A stretch of 64,000 nt of DNA from an uncultured Methylomirabilota bacterium (lineage in GTDB: Bacteria; Methylomirabilota; Methylomirabilia; Methylomirabilales; 2-02-FULL-66-22), in the NCBI GenBank assembly GCA_963705305.1, contig OY970067.1, positions 5,581,312 through 5,645,311 of the forward strand, in the 5' to 3' direction. A model generated the notes under the pieces. The model saw nothing but the letters and a program-made list of their open reading frames with translations. It ran no database searches and had not been told where the DNA came from. Of this stretch, positions 8,977 through 17,691 are shown piece by piece. Position numbers and translations under genes: made by a program. Within the stretch, counting starts at the first letter, position 1; each line of letters starts with the position of its first letter.

Positions 8977-10512
8977 ATGGCTTTCCACAGCATACTCTTC
9001 AAACGGGCCGAGGACACGCCAACGCAGGACACAATCCAGCCGCCGGTCTTCTGCGTTGACTTGAATCTTGATCAGATCATAAACGCCGTCACCGCCGGCA
9101 GGCAGGAATACAACCTGAAGCCGTATTTCTACACTCCCTTGAGGCAGAAGGACGCGATTGCCTACCGGCATGAAGTATTCCGGGATCTCGAAGATCCACA
9201 CCTGCTCGAGAGCGTCGAGTCGTTCGCCCGGAGCATGCGGGTCATGCGCGACCATCTCGCCCAGGCGGAAAAGCTTTATTACACGTATCAGAAGGAACGC
9301 TGGTTCCTGGAGGCGGTGGAGATCTATTGTGACGCGGTGAACCGCCTGATGCAGGAGCTTGCGCTGGTCGACCTGAAATCGCGAGGTTTTCTGGGCTTCC
9401 GGGATTACCTGGCAACGTACGCCCGGTCCGAGGGTTTTACCGCCCTCCTGGCGGACACGAAACAGCTCCTGGCCGACCTGTCTTCCATCCGCTACTCTCT
9501 GATCATCAAGGGGACGTCCGTCACGGTCTGGAAATACGAATCGGAATCCGACTACAGCGTAGACGTTGAGCGGACCTTCGAAAAATTCAAGCAGGGGGCA
9601 CCCAAGGACTACCGGGCGAAATTTTCCAGCTCGCCGCAGATGAATCATGTGGAGGCGGCGATTCTGGATCTGCTCGCCAAGCTGTATCCCGACATCTTCC
9701 GACATCTTGACGTGTACTGCGCGAAGAACGCCGAGTATCTGGACGCAACGCTCGCCACCTTCGACCGTGAAGTGGAGTTCTACCTGGCCTACCTGGCGCA
9801 TCGCGGCATCTTCACCCGAGCGGGATTGCCGTTTTGCTACCCGGAAGTCTCCGACTCCTCCAAGGACGTCTATGAGCACGAGGGGTTCGATCTGGCGCTG
9901 GCCGACAAGCTCGTCAAGGAAAAGGCCTCCGTTGTCTGCAACGACTTCTACCTGAAAGACAAGGAGCGCATCCTCGTCGTCACGGGTCCGAACCAGGGCG
10001 GGAAGACCACTTTCGCCCGCGCCTTCGGCCAGCTGCATTTCCTGGCCAGCATCGGCTGCCCGGTGCCGGGCAGGGAGGCGCAGCTCTTTTTGTTCGACAG
10101 GCTCTTTACCCATTTCGAAAAAGAAGAGGACATCCGAAATCTCCGGGGCAAGATGGAAGATGACCTGATCAGGATTTCCGAGATTCTGGCCCAGGCAACC
10201 TCGAACAGCATCGTCATCCTGAACGAGAGCTTCACGGCGACGACGTTGAGCGATGCGATCTTCTTGAGCACTCGAATCCTGGAACGAATCCTCCAGCTCG
10301 ACCTGCTGTGCGTCTGCGTGACCTTCATCGATGAATTGGCGTCGTTGAGCGAGAAGACCGTCAGCGTGGTCGCGGGGGTCGCGCCCGACAATCCGGCAGT
10401 GCGGACGTACCGAATCATGCGACGGCCCGCGGACGGCGTGGCGTACGCACTGTCTATCGCCGAGAAGTACCGGCTCACGTACGAGTCCGTCAAGGAGCGC
10501 ATCCGGCCATGA
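8977..10512 (+). CDS. MutS-domain-V ATPase (MutS4-like, copy A)
   Basis: TGPNQGGKTT Walker A; DRLFTHF; ILNESF at Walker B; no N-terminal mismatch-binding domain. Confidence 0.88.
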   Translation: MAFHSILFKRAEDTPTQDTIQPPVFCVDLNLDQIINAVTAGRQEYNLKPYFYTPLRQKDAIAYRHEVFRDLEDPHLLESVESFARSMRVMRDHLAQAEKLYYTYQKERWFLEAVEIYCDAVNRLMQELALVDLKSRGFLGFRDYLATYARSEGFTALLADTKQLLADLSSIRYSLIIKGTSVTVWKYESESDYSVDVERTFEKFKQGAPKDYRAKFSSSPQMNHVEAAILDLLAKLYPDIFRHLDVYCAKNAEYLDATLATFDREVEFYLAYLAHRGIFTRAGLPFCYPEVSDSSKDVYEHEGFDLALADKLVKEKASVVCNDFYLKDKERILVVTGPNQGGKTTFARAFGQLHFLASIGCPVPGREAQLFLFDRLFTHFEKEEDIRNLRGKMEDDLIRISEILAQATSNSIVILNESFTATTLSDAIFLSTRILERILQLDLLCVCVTFIDELASLSEKTVSVVAGVAPDNPAVRTYRIMRRPADGVAYALSIAEKYRLTYESVKERIRP

Positions 10513-12011
10513 AGGCGTTTCTCATGTTTCGGGATCGCGATTTCGACCTCCAGGAGGCATTGCCTTGGAACGAGCAGGCCTTGACCCAGGATCTCGAGCT
10601 GGGGACGCTGTTCGATGCCATAGCCTGCCAGGACAAGCTGATCTGGGAGGTGGTCCGAAGGGCCATGCTACGGGGCGTGGAGGACGTGGATACCATCCTG
10701 TACCGTCAGGATATCCTCAAGGACTGCCTGAACGATCCTTCCGTGGTCCGGACGATGTATGCGATCGCCGGGGAGGCGATTGACGCCGAGCGGAAGGTGT
10801 GGTGGAGCTTTTTCCGAAATTCCCCGTCCGCGCTCCTGCACCGGTCGATCGAGGTCCTGACGCTGCTCGTCCGCGCGCTGAAGCAGCTGAGAAGTATCGC
10901 CGATGCGCACGCCCACACCTGTACTTCCGCCGGCCTGACGCGGTTGTTCAGGATGCTCGCCGCCGAGCTGGAGGACGAGTACTTCGCCCGCGTGGAGAGC
11001 CATCTGGGGGAGCTGAGCTTTCGGGACGGGGCGCTCATCAGCGCGGAATTGGGGCAGGGGAACAAAGGGACCGATTACCGGCTGCGGAAGCAGCCGGAAA
11101 AGAAGAAGCAGACCTGGATGGGGCGACTCTTCGGACCAAAACCGCTCGCCTACACCTATCACATCCCCGAGCGCGACGACAGCGGCCCGAGGTATCTCTC
11201 CGAGCTGCAGGACCGGGGCATCAACCTCGCCGCGAACGCGGTGGGCCAGTCGGCGGATCACATTCTCAGCTTCTTCGCCATGCTGCGCACCGAGCTGGCC
11301 TTCTACGTCGGCTGTGTGAACTTGCACGAGCACCTGGTCCGATTGGGCCAGCCAACCTGCTTTCCCGTGCCCGTGCCCTCCGGCAAGCGGAGCCACTCGT
11401 ACACGGAATTGTACGACGTGTGTCTCGCGCTCAGCATGGGGCGGAGCGTGGTGGGGAATGACGGGACCGCCGACGACAGAGAGCTCGTGATGATCACGGG
11501 CGCGAACCAGGGCGGAAAATCGACATTTTTGCGGAGCATCGGAATCGCCCAGCTGATGATGCAGTGCGGGCTGTTTGCGCCGGCGGATGCCTTCTGTGCG
11601 AACATCTGCACGGGCCTGTTCACGCACTACAAGCGGGAAGAGGACACGACCATGCAGAGCGGAAAATTCGATGAAGAGCTCAGCCGGATGAGCGAGATCG
11701 TAGAGCATCTGAGGCCCGACGCCATGCTGTTGTTCAACGAATCGTTCGCGGCGACAAACGAGCGGGAAGGCTCGGAGATCGCCCGGCAGATCGTGAGCGC
11801 CTTGCTGGAGCGGCGCATCAAGGTCTTCTTCGTGACCCACCTGTACGACCTTGCCCACCGGTTTTTCGCCAAGAGCATGGAGAGCGCCCTCTTTCTGCGC
11901 GCGGAGCGGCAGGCCGACGGAACGCGAACCTTCAAGTTGACCGAGGGCGAGCCGCTCGAGACCAGCCATGGCGAGGACCTGTATGTGCGCATATTCGGAG
12001 GCGCCAATTGA
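10509..12011 (+). CDS. MutS-domain-V ATPase (MutS4-like, copy B)
   Basis: TGANQGGKST; LFNESFAATNEREG; FVTH; ATGA overlap with copy A. Confidence 0.88.
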   Translation: MKAFLMFRDRDFDLQEALPWNEQALTQDLELGTLFDAIACQDKLIWEVVRRAMLRGVEDVDTILYRQDILKDCLNDPSVVRTMYAIAGEAIDAERKVWWSFFRNSPSALLHRSIEVLTLLVRALKQLRSIADAHAHTCTSAGLTRLFRMLAAELEDEYFARVESHLGELSFRDGALISAELGQGNKGTDYRLRKQPEKKKQTWMGRLFGPKPLAYTYHIPERDDSGPRYLSELQDRGINLAANAVGQSADHILSFFAMLRTELAFYVGCVNLHEHLVRLGQPTCFPVPVPSGKRSHSYTELYDVCLALSMGRSVVGNDGTADDRELVMITGANQGGKSTFLRSIGIAQLMMQCGLFAPADAFCANICTGLFTHYKREEDTTMQSGKFDEELSRMSEIVEHLRPDAMLLFNESFAATNEREGSEIARQIVSALLERRIKVFFVTHLYDLAHRFFAKSMESALFLRAERQADGTRTFKLTEGEPLETSHGEDLYVRIFGGAN

Positions 12012-12116
12012 GCTCGGAAGGGCGCGTATGCGGCCACATGGCTGCGGAATGGTCCACAGGCCGCAGAGGAGCTACGTTGTAGGTCGACGCGCCGATCGGC
12101 ACAAGGTGCGACGCGA

Positions 12117-13073
12117 ATGCCCCACATCGGGACGATCACCATGCGGAAAGGAGCCGGTAAGTGTCCGGCGCTCGGCTGGGTCGCCGTCGCAGCGGGGGGG
12201 CTGCTCTTGGCCCTCGTGGCCGCGCAGGGTTCGGGTGGGCAGGCGAGCGGCCGACCCGCAGTGCGCCTGGTGGTGTCTATCCCAACGCCACTCGAGGCGG
12301 CGATCTTCGGGCTCTTTGGCTTGGCCGCCCTCTTCGTCCTGTGGCTGCTGATGCCCCGACATCTCCGACATGGAAAGAAAGACCCGGATGCCATCGAGAT
12401 GGTCTACGAGAACCCGAAGATCTCGCCCTGGTTCACCGTCGGCATGCTGGTCCTGAGCGCCGCGCCCTTGGCGCTGGTGGGGTATCTCCTCTGGCGCGGG
12501 TGGCCGCCCTTTGAGAAGGGGGTCGCTCGCGTCTCCCTTGCGGCCGGATTTTCCGCTCCCGGGGCTCCCCTCCACCAAGGGAGCGTCGTGCCATATGCGT
12601 CGGAGCCATGGTTCAGCGGCGTGGTCACGGTTCTGGCACTGGTGGTGGGAGCGGGGTGTCTGGCGGCGACCCTCTGGATCCTCTTCGGCGATCGCCTGAT
12701 CGGGACGTGGAAAGGCCTGACGCCCCGGACCTCCGAGCCGCTGCTGGAGGCGATCGACGACAGCCTGGAGACCCTCCGACAAGAGTCGGATGCCCGCCGG
12801 GCGATCATCCGGTGCTATCGGCACTTCGAGCATGCCCTGACCCGACGGGGACTGCCGCGCGATCCCTGGGAAACCCCGACAGAGTTCATGCGGAAAGCCT
12901 TGGGCCGCCTCCCGCTCCCGCCGGAGATCGTGAAGGGTCTCATCGACCTGTTTCACCTGGCGCGCTTCAGCGATCACCCATTGGGGCCGAGGGAGCGCAA
13001 CGTCGCAGTGGACTCGCTGGTGGAAATCCGCACTGCACTGGAAGGGGAGACGGCCCATGCTTCCGCCGTCTGA
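12117..13073 (+). CDS. DUF4129-domain membrane protein
   Basis: N-terminal TM helices; C-terminal RRAIIRCY...ETPTEF...LF..ARFS. Confidence 0.8.
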   Translation: MPHIGTITMRKGAGKCPALGWVAVAAGGLLLALVAAQGSGGQASGRPAVRLVVSIPTPLEAAIFGLFGLAALFVLWLLMPRHLRHGKKDPDAIEMVYENPKISPWFTVGMLVLSAAPLALVGYLLWRGWPPFEKGVARVSLAAGFSAPGAPLHQGSVVPYASEPWFSGVVTVLALVVGAGCLAATLWILFGDRLIGTWKGLTPRTSEPLLEAIDDSLETLRQESDARRAIIRCYRHFEHALTRRGLPRDPWETPTEFMRKALGRLPLPPEIVKGLIDLFHLARFSDHPLGPRERNVAVDSLVEIRTALEGETAHASAV

Positions 13074-13539
13074 TCCGCGCTGGTGGAGATTCTTTCTGGG
13101 GTACCTCCTCTTCGCTGGGCTGCTAGCCCTGGCCCTGACGCCCCTCTATTTCTTGGCGGAGCCTACGCACCGACCGCTGGTCGTCCGCCTTGGCGCCACC
13201 CTGCTTGCCGTGAGCGTCTTGGTCCACCTCCGACGGTTCGTCCGGGCGGCGATCACGTCGCAACCCGCCTCGGCCTTCGACCGGGCGCTCCGGCCGCTGC
13301 CGCCCGAGCGCCACATCGCACCTCTCTTCCTGAAGCTCCGGAACGAGCTGCGGTTCAGCAGAGCCGATTTCGGGTACTTCCAGCGAAACCTCTGGCCTCG
13401 GATCCTCCGTTTGTCGCGGAGGCGGGTCGGGGGCTCCCTGTCAAAGGCGCCTGAGATGCCGCGGGGAGGATTCTTCCGGCGGGGGCCGTCGCTGGCTGCC
13501 TTTCGCCAGCTTATCTCGCAGATCGAGGAGCGTCCATGA
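13057..13539 (+). CDS. Hypothetical membrane protein of the MoxR module
   Basis: Two N-terminal TM helices; overlaps both neighbours. Confidence 0.7.
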   Translation: MLPPSDPRWWRFFLGYLLFAGLLALALTPLYFLAEPTHRPLVVRLGATLLAVSVLVHLRRFVRAAITSQPASAFDRALRPLPPERHIAPLFLKLRNELRFSRADFGYFQRNLWPRILRLSRRRVGGSLSKAPEMPRGGFFRRGPSLAAFRQLISQIEERP

Positions 13540-14492
13540 AGCTGGAAATGGTGGCCGATCGCTGCCGGGAGATCCTGGCAACTCTCTCCCGGGTGATCGT
13601 CGGCAAGGAGGCGGTACTCCAGCGGATCCTGGCGGGAATCCTGTGCAACGGGCACGTCCTGATCGAGGACTACCCCGGCCTGGCCAAGACCCTCATCGCG
13701 CAGCTCTTCGCCCAGACGTTGGATCTCGGCTTCAAGCGCATCCAGTTCACCCCGGACCTCTTACCGAGCGACATCACCGGCAGCTTCCTCTACGACCAGC
13801 GTCAGGGGCAATTCGAGTTCCGGCGAGGGCCTATCTTCACGAATCTGCTCCTGGCGGATGAGATTAACCGGGCCACCCCCAAGACGCAGGCCGCCATGCT
13901 GGAGGCGATGCAAGAGGCCCAGGTGACTGTGGAGGGGGAACTCTTCGCTCTGGAGCCGCCATTCCTGGTGATCGCCACCCAGAATCCGATCGAGCTGGAG
14001 GGGACCTATCCCCTCCCCGAGGCGCAGGTGGACCGGTTCCTCCTGCGACTGGCCGTGGGGTATCCGACCCCTGAGGAGGAGCGGGAGATCCTCGTGCGGC
14101 GCCGCGAGCGGCGGACGGATGCTGCGTCCGTCCCCCGTGTGATCTCCCGAGCGGAGATCCTGGCCATGCAGGCCGCGCTGGAGGAGGTCTTCGTGAGTGA
14201 GGCCATCGAGCGCTACATCGTGGACCTAGTCCAGGCCACACGGGGCGACGCCCGGGTGGCGCTCGGCGCCTCGCCGCGGGGGGCACTGGCGCTCCTCAAG
14301 CTGGCCCGGGCCGAGGCGGTTCTGGCGCGGCGGAACTTCGTGATCCCGGATGATGTGAAGGGGATGGCGGTCCCAGCTCTGGCCCACCGGCTCATCCTCA
14401 AGCCCGAGCTATGGGTGCGCAAGATCTCGGCGGAGCAAGTCCTCACCGATCTACTGGCAGAGGTACCGGCTCCTGCCACGGAGAGCCGATGA
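13536..14492 (+). CDS. moxR: MoxR-family AAA+ ATPase
   Basis: PGLAKT, RIQFTPDLLPSDITG, LADEINRATPKTQAAMLEAMQE, ATQNPIE, GASPR. Confidence 0.95.
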   Translation: MKLEMVADRCREILATLSRVIVGKEAVLQRILAGILCNGHVLIEDYPGLAKTLIAQLFAQTLDLGFKRIQFTPDLLPSDITGSFLYDQRQGQFEFRRGPIFTNLLLADEINRATPKTQAAMLEAMQEAQVTVEGELFALEPPFLVIATQNPIELEGTYPLPEAQVDRFLLRLAVGYPTPEEEREILVRRRERRTDAASVPRVISRAEILAMQAALEEVFVSEAIERYIVDLVQATRGDARVALGASPRGALALLKLARAEAVLARRNFVIPDDVKGMAVPALAHRLILKPELWVRKISAEQVLTDLLAEVPAPATESR

Positions 14493-15766
14493 TTAGGCGG
14501 ATTCCCCCCCTGGCGCTTTCCCTACTCACGCTCTGCGGGGTGACCCTGATCCTTGGCCTTCTTTCCGGCCGGTCAGAGCTGTTCCTGGTGGCCCTCCCCC
14601 TGGTGGCATCCCTCTGCCGAGCAGCCATGGCGACCGAGGTCCCTGAGTACGGCGTGACGCACGAAATCTCGCAGGAGCGGCTCTTCGAGGGCGATACGCT
14701 TCGCGTGACGGTGACCCTCACGGCCCGTTCCCAGACCCCCCTCCTGGAGCTGTGTGAGTCGATTCCCCCCGGGACCGCCCTCGCCGCGGGGAGCAACCGG
14801 GCTCTGTTCAGCCTGCGCCCCGGCCAGCAGGTCCGGTGGAGCTACGGCCTCCGGTGTCTGCGGAGGGGTCGGTTCCAGGTCGGACCCCTGTATGCGCGGG
14901 CCTGGGGATGCTCGGGGCTGGAAACGGCCGAGGGAGAACACGCGGACGCGACCCCGGTGCGAGTTTACCCGCACTCCCTTCCCCTCCGCGCCCTGCCCCA
15001 GCCTCGCCGCACGCAGACCTCGGTGGGAAACTACGTGTCGCCGGTCTTAGGGGAGGGGCTGGAGCCAGGGGAGGTCCGGCCCTTCGCCCCCGGCGACCGG
15101 GTGAAGCACGTGAACTGGCGAGCCTCACTTCGGCTCGGCCGGCTCTACGTCACCCAGTGTCACCAGGAGCGGAACGCCGATGTCGTCCTGATGCTGGATA
15201 CGCTCGGGCATGCGGGCCTTTCGCCCAGGAGCAGCCTCGACCTGTGCGCGCGGGCGGCGGCCTCGCTGGCCGGGGCCTACCTGTCGCGGAAAGACCGGGT
15301 GGGCCTCATCGAGTACGGCGGGGTGCTCCGCTGGGTGCGCCCGGGATCGGGGCGGGTCCAGCTCGAGCGGATCCTAGAGGCATTGCTGGCCGCGGAGGTG
15401 ATCTTCACTTACGTGGCCAAGGATCTCACCCTGGTGCCGCCGCGGATCCTGCCGCCCCAGGCGCTCGTCCTGGCGCTGAGTCCGCTCCTGGACGACCGGT
15501 TCGTCACGGCGGTGCGGGATCTCGCCGCCCGCGGGTTCGATGTGGTGGTGGTGTGGGTCTCGCCGGTGGCCCTGTCCCGCGAGCTGCTCTCCGGATCGCT
15601 TCTGGACGATCTGGCCTGTCGCCTGTGGACCCTGGAAAGTGAGGAGCAGCTTGCCGCGCTACGCCAAGAGGGCCTCACGATCATCGAGTGGCACCCCGAT
15701 CAGCCGCTGGAGCTGGCGCTCAGCCCCTTCGCACGCCATCGTCGGCCGAGGGCGCTGGTAGGATGA
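14489..15766 (+). CDS. DUF58 (VWA-like) protein
   Basis: VRPFAPGDRVKHVNWRAS; DRVGL; ATGA coupling to moxR. Confidence 0.88.
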   Translation: MIRRIPPLALSLLTLCGVTLILGLLSGRSELFLVALPLVASLCRAAMATEVPEYGVTHEISQERLFEGDTLRVTVTLTARSQTPLLELCESIPPGTALAAGSNRALFSLRPGQQVRWSYGLRCLRRGRFQVGPLYARAWGCSGLETAEGEHADATPVRVYPHSLPLRALPQPRRTQTSVGNYVSPVLGEGLEPGEVRPFAPGDRVKHVNWRASLRLGRLYVTQCHQERNADVVLMLDTLGHAGLSPRSSLDLCARAAASLAGAYLSRKDRVGLIEYGGVLRWVRPGSGRVQLERILEALLAAEVIFTYVAKDLTLVPPRILPPQALVLALSPLLDDRFVTAVRDLAARGFDVVVVWVSPVALSRELLSGSLLDDLACRLWTLESEEQLAALRQEGLTIIEWHPDQPLELALSPFARHRRPRALVG

Positions 15767-16299
15767 TTCGATACCTGGGCGGCATCTTGGTGATGGCCCT
15801 TCTAGGGGTCCCGCTTCTGCGGGCGCCCTCCGGGCTGGTCGGCGCCGTGGGAGCGCTGGCGGGTCTATTCTGTATCGGCGGCGTTGTGATGCTCTCGATT
15901 CCGCTCCTGACGTTCGGTGCGTCGCTGGCACTGACAGAGTACACTCTGGCCCTGTGGCTGGCCGGATCCCCGCCGGATCTCCTCGGCGCGATTGGCCTCG
16001 GTGTGACGCTCTGGCTCCTCTTCGAGGTCACCGGGTTCGCCCAGCGCATCCAGGGTGTCGCCGTGGCTCCGGGGGTGCTCCGCAGGCAGGCGCGTTCTTG
16101 GATCGGGACCGGGATTGCTTTGATTGTCCTCGGCGGCATGGTCGCAATCGCCACAAGTGCCGTGAGGCTTCGGCTTCCCCCATCGGCGTGTCCGGTCGTG
16201 GTTGCGCTCGGCGCCGTGAGCGCTTTTCTCGGTGTGGCGCGCGCCCTGCTGTGCGGCGCAACCCGGTCGGCTCCCGTCCCCTTTGACGAAGAGCGATGA
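15763..16299 (+). CDS. Hypothetical integral membrane protein
   Basis: About 6 hydrophobic segments; overlaps the DUF58 stop. Confidence 0.7.
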   Translation: MIRYLGGILVMALLGVPLLRAPSGLVGAVGALAGLFCIGGVVMLSIPLLTFGASLALTEYTLALWLAGSPPDLLGAIGLGVTLWLLFEVTGFAQRIQGVAVAPGVLRRQARSWIGTGIALIVLGGMVAIATSAVRLRLPPSACPVVVALGAVSAFLGVARALLCGATRSAPVPFDEER

Positions 16300-16310
16300 C
16301 TCGATGTGAC

Positions 16311-16600
16311 ATGATTGGATGGGGTTGCATGGGGACGGGGAAGTCGATGCCGGCGGCGTTGAAACGTGTGCAGCAGTGGGTAAATTGGATCGCGACCTTC
16401 TATCGCGCCAATGGTGCCGGCCGGCCAGCGGGCCTCCCCCTTCGGCGTGTTCACCGCGGATTACGGGCTATCTTGGTTTCTGGAGAGCGCAGCGATCGGA
16501 GTCCTCTACGACATCTCGATACCGGCCACGATTGCATTCTGTGTGACGCTCCAGTGGGCCGCCATTCCGATCTTTGCGTCGGTGCGTCGTCAGGATAACC
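16311..16600 (+). pseudogene. C-terminal remnant of an MFS transporter
   Basis: MVPAGQRASPFGVFTADYGLSWFLESAAIGVLYDISIPATIAFCVTLQWAAIPIF resembles MFS TM11-12; upstream part missing or out of frame. Confidence 0.55.
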
Positions 16601-16702
16601 GACCGAAAGCCGAGTTATGCTTCAACCTGAGAGACGACGACCGAGACGGCAGGATCGACCGGCACGGTCGCTTCACGCTTCCCAGGACTCTCCTTCGGAA
16701 GT

Positions 16703-16732
16703 TGCGTGGAATGGGTGTGCGTGGAATGGGTG
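16703..16732 (+). repeat. Perfect 15-bp tandem duplication
   Basis: TGCGTGGAATGGGTG x2, directly abutting the -35 box. Confidence 0.85.
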
Positions 16733-16761
16733 TTGACGGGCTGGCGACATAGTGCTAGATT
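16733..16761 (+). promoter_or_regulatory. Promoter for fluoride riboswitch 2
   Basis: TTGACG-N17-TAGATT with extended -10 TG; aptamer starts at 16768. Confidence 0.75.
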
Positions 16762-16767
16762 TATTTT

Positions 16768-16814
16768 GGCGACGGAGTCTGCCTAGGCGCTGATCCGGCG
16801 ATGATGACTCCTAC
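16768..16814 (+). ncRNA. Fluoride (crcB) riboswitch 2
   Basis: GGCGACGGAGTCTGCC...CGCTG/CGGCG...TGATGACTCCTAC; downstream competing hairpin ACTCCTACCGGAG/CTTCGGGAGGGGT. Confidence 0.82.
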
Positions 16815-17176
16815 CGGAGTGTAGCCAGCTTCGGGAGGGGTTCTCGGATGTTCACGACGCGACTAGCGGCGATCGACCACCCCCCAGAACCTCTGTCTTA
16901 TGTCTTATAGCCCCCCTATCACGATCCCGGGTCTAGAACTATCTTCCGACAAGTTCGGGAGAAGGAGGACCACTCCCTTCTGGCGAGGCCGCCCCAGCCG
17001 CGCTTTCCCTCGTTTGGCACCGTGAGACGGGCGCTCTTTGGACTTATGAAGGGCGGCACAGTTATCGTTGATTGCCTGGCCGAGCGTTGGCTTAAGGGGA
17101 GGGGGGGCCAGCGCTGGGGAAGCCGAGGGGGAGGCTGGATTGAGTCCGGAGATGATCGTGCTCCGCACCTTCAAAT

Positions 17177-17593
17177 GCTGAAGATCGACGCGGCCATCTT
17201 TTCGCCCGGCTGGAGGAACATCCGGGCGTCCAACTGGAGGTCCTGCGGTCGGCGTTGGTCGAGGCCTGCGCCGGATGGCGGGGCGCGCTGTTTCTTGGGC
17301 GAGGGGTGGAGGAACTCCTTCGCGGCCGGGTTGCCTCTGGGCGCGTGCACGTCATCGCCCCTTTCGAACTGCGGGTCGGACGGATCGAGCGGCAGGTGAA
17401 TGTCTCGCGGTCGCGAGCCGAGGAGCGCGTGCGCCGGAGTGACGAGGAGAACGCCTGGTTCTACCGGACATTCTTCGGAATCGATTGGGGTGACCTACGG
17501 CGGCCGGACATCGTGATCGACACGGGGACGGTCTCCGTCGCGGAGGGGACGAGCCTGCTCATGGATGGGCCCATGCTTCGCCAGCCCCGATGA
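17177..17593 (+). pseudogene. 5'-truncated cytidylate-kinase-like protein
   Basis: LFLGRG...HVIAPFELRVGRI...SDEENAWFYRTFFGIDW...DIVIDTG; in-frame TGA upstream and no N-terminal P-loop (compare intact paralog 52985-53629). Confidence 0.65.
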
Positions 17594-17691
17594 TGTGCCG
17601 AGTCGGCCGAGCGACGGACCTCATTTCCCCAGGCGTCTTCCTTTGCGGCGGGCAGAAATCCTCCAGCCCGCAGTACACGAGGTAGAGTGGA

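Noticed and set aside
7882..10113. 743-aa minus-strand ORF (likewise 24657-26360 -, 41382-42791 +, 47422-49542 +, 56131-57876 +, 57671-59287 +)
   Set aside because: Antisense shadows of well-supported genes in GC-rich DNA; no motifs
8977..12011. Calling the pair mismatch-repair mutS
   Set aside because: Only the ATPase region is recognisable; no mismatch-binding domain, and no mutL nearby
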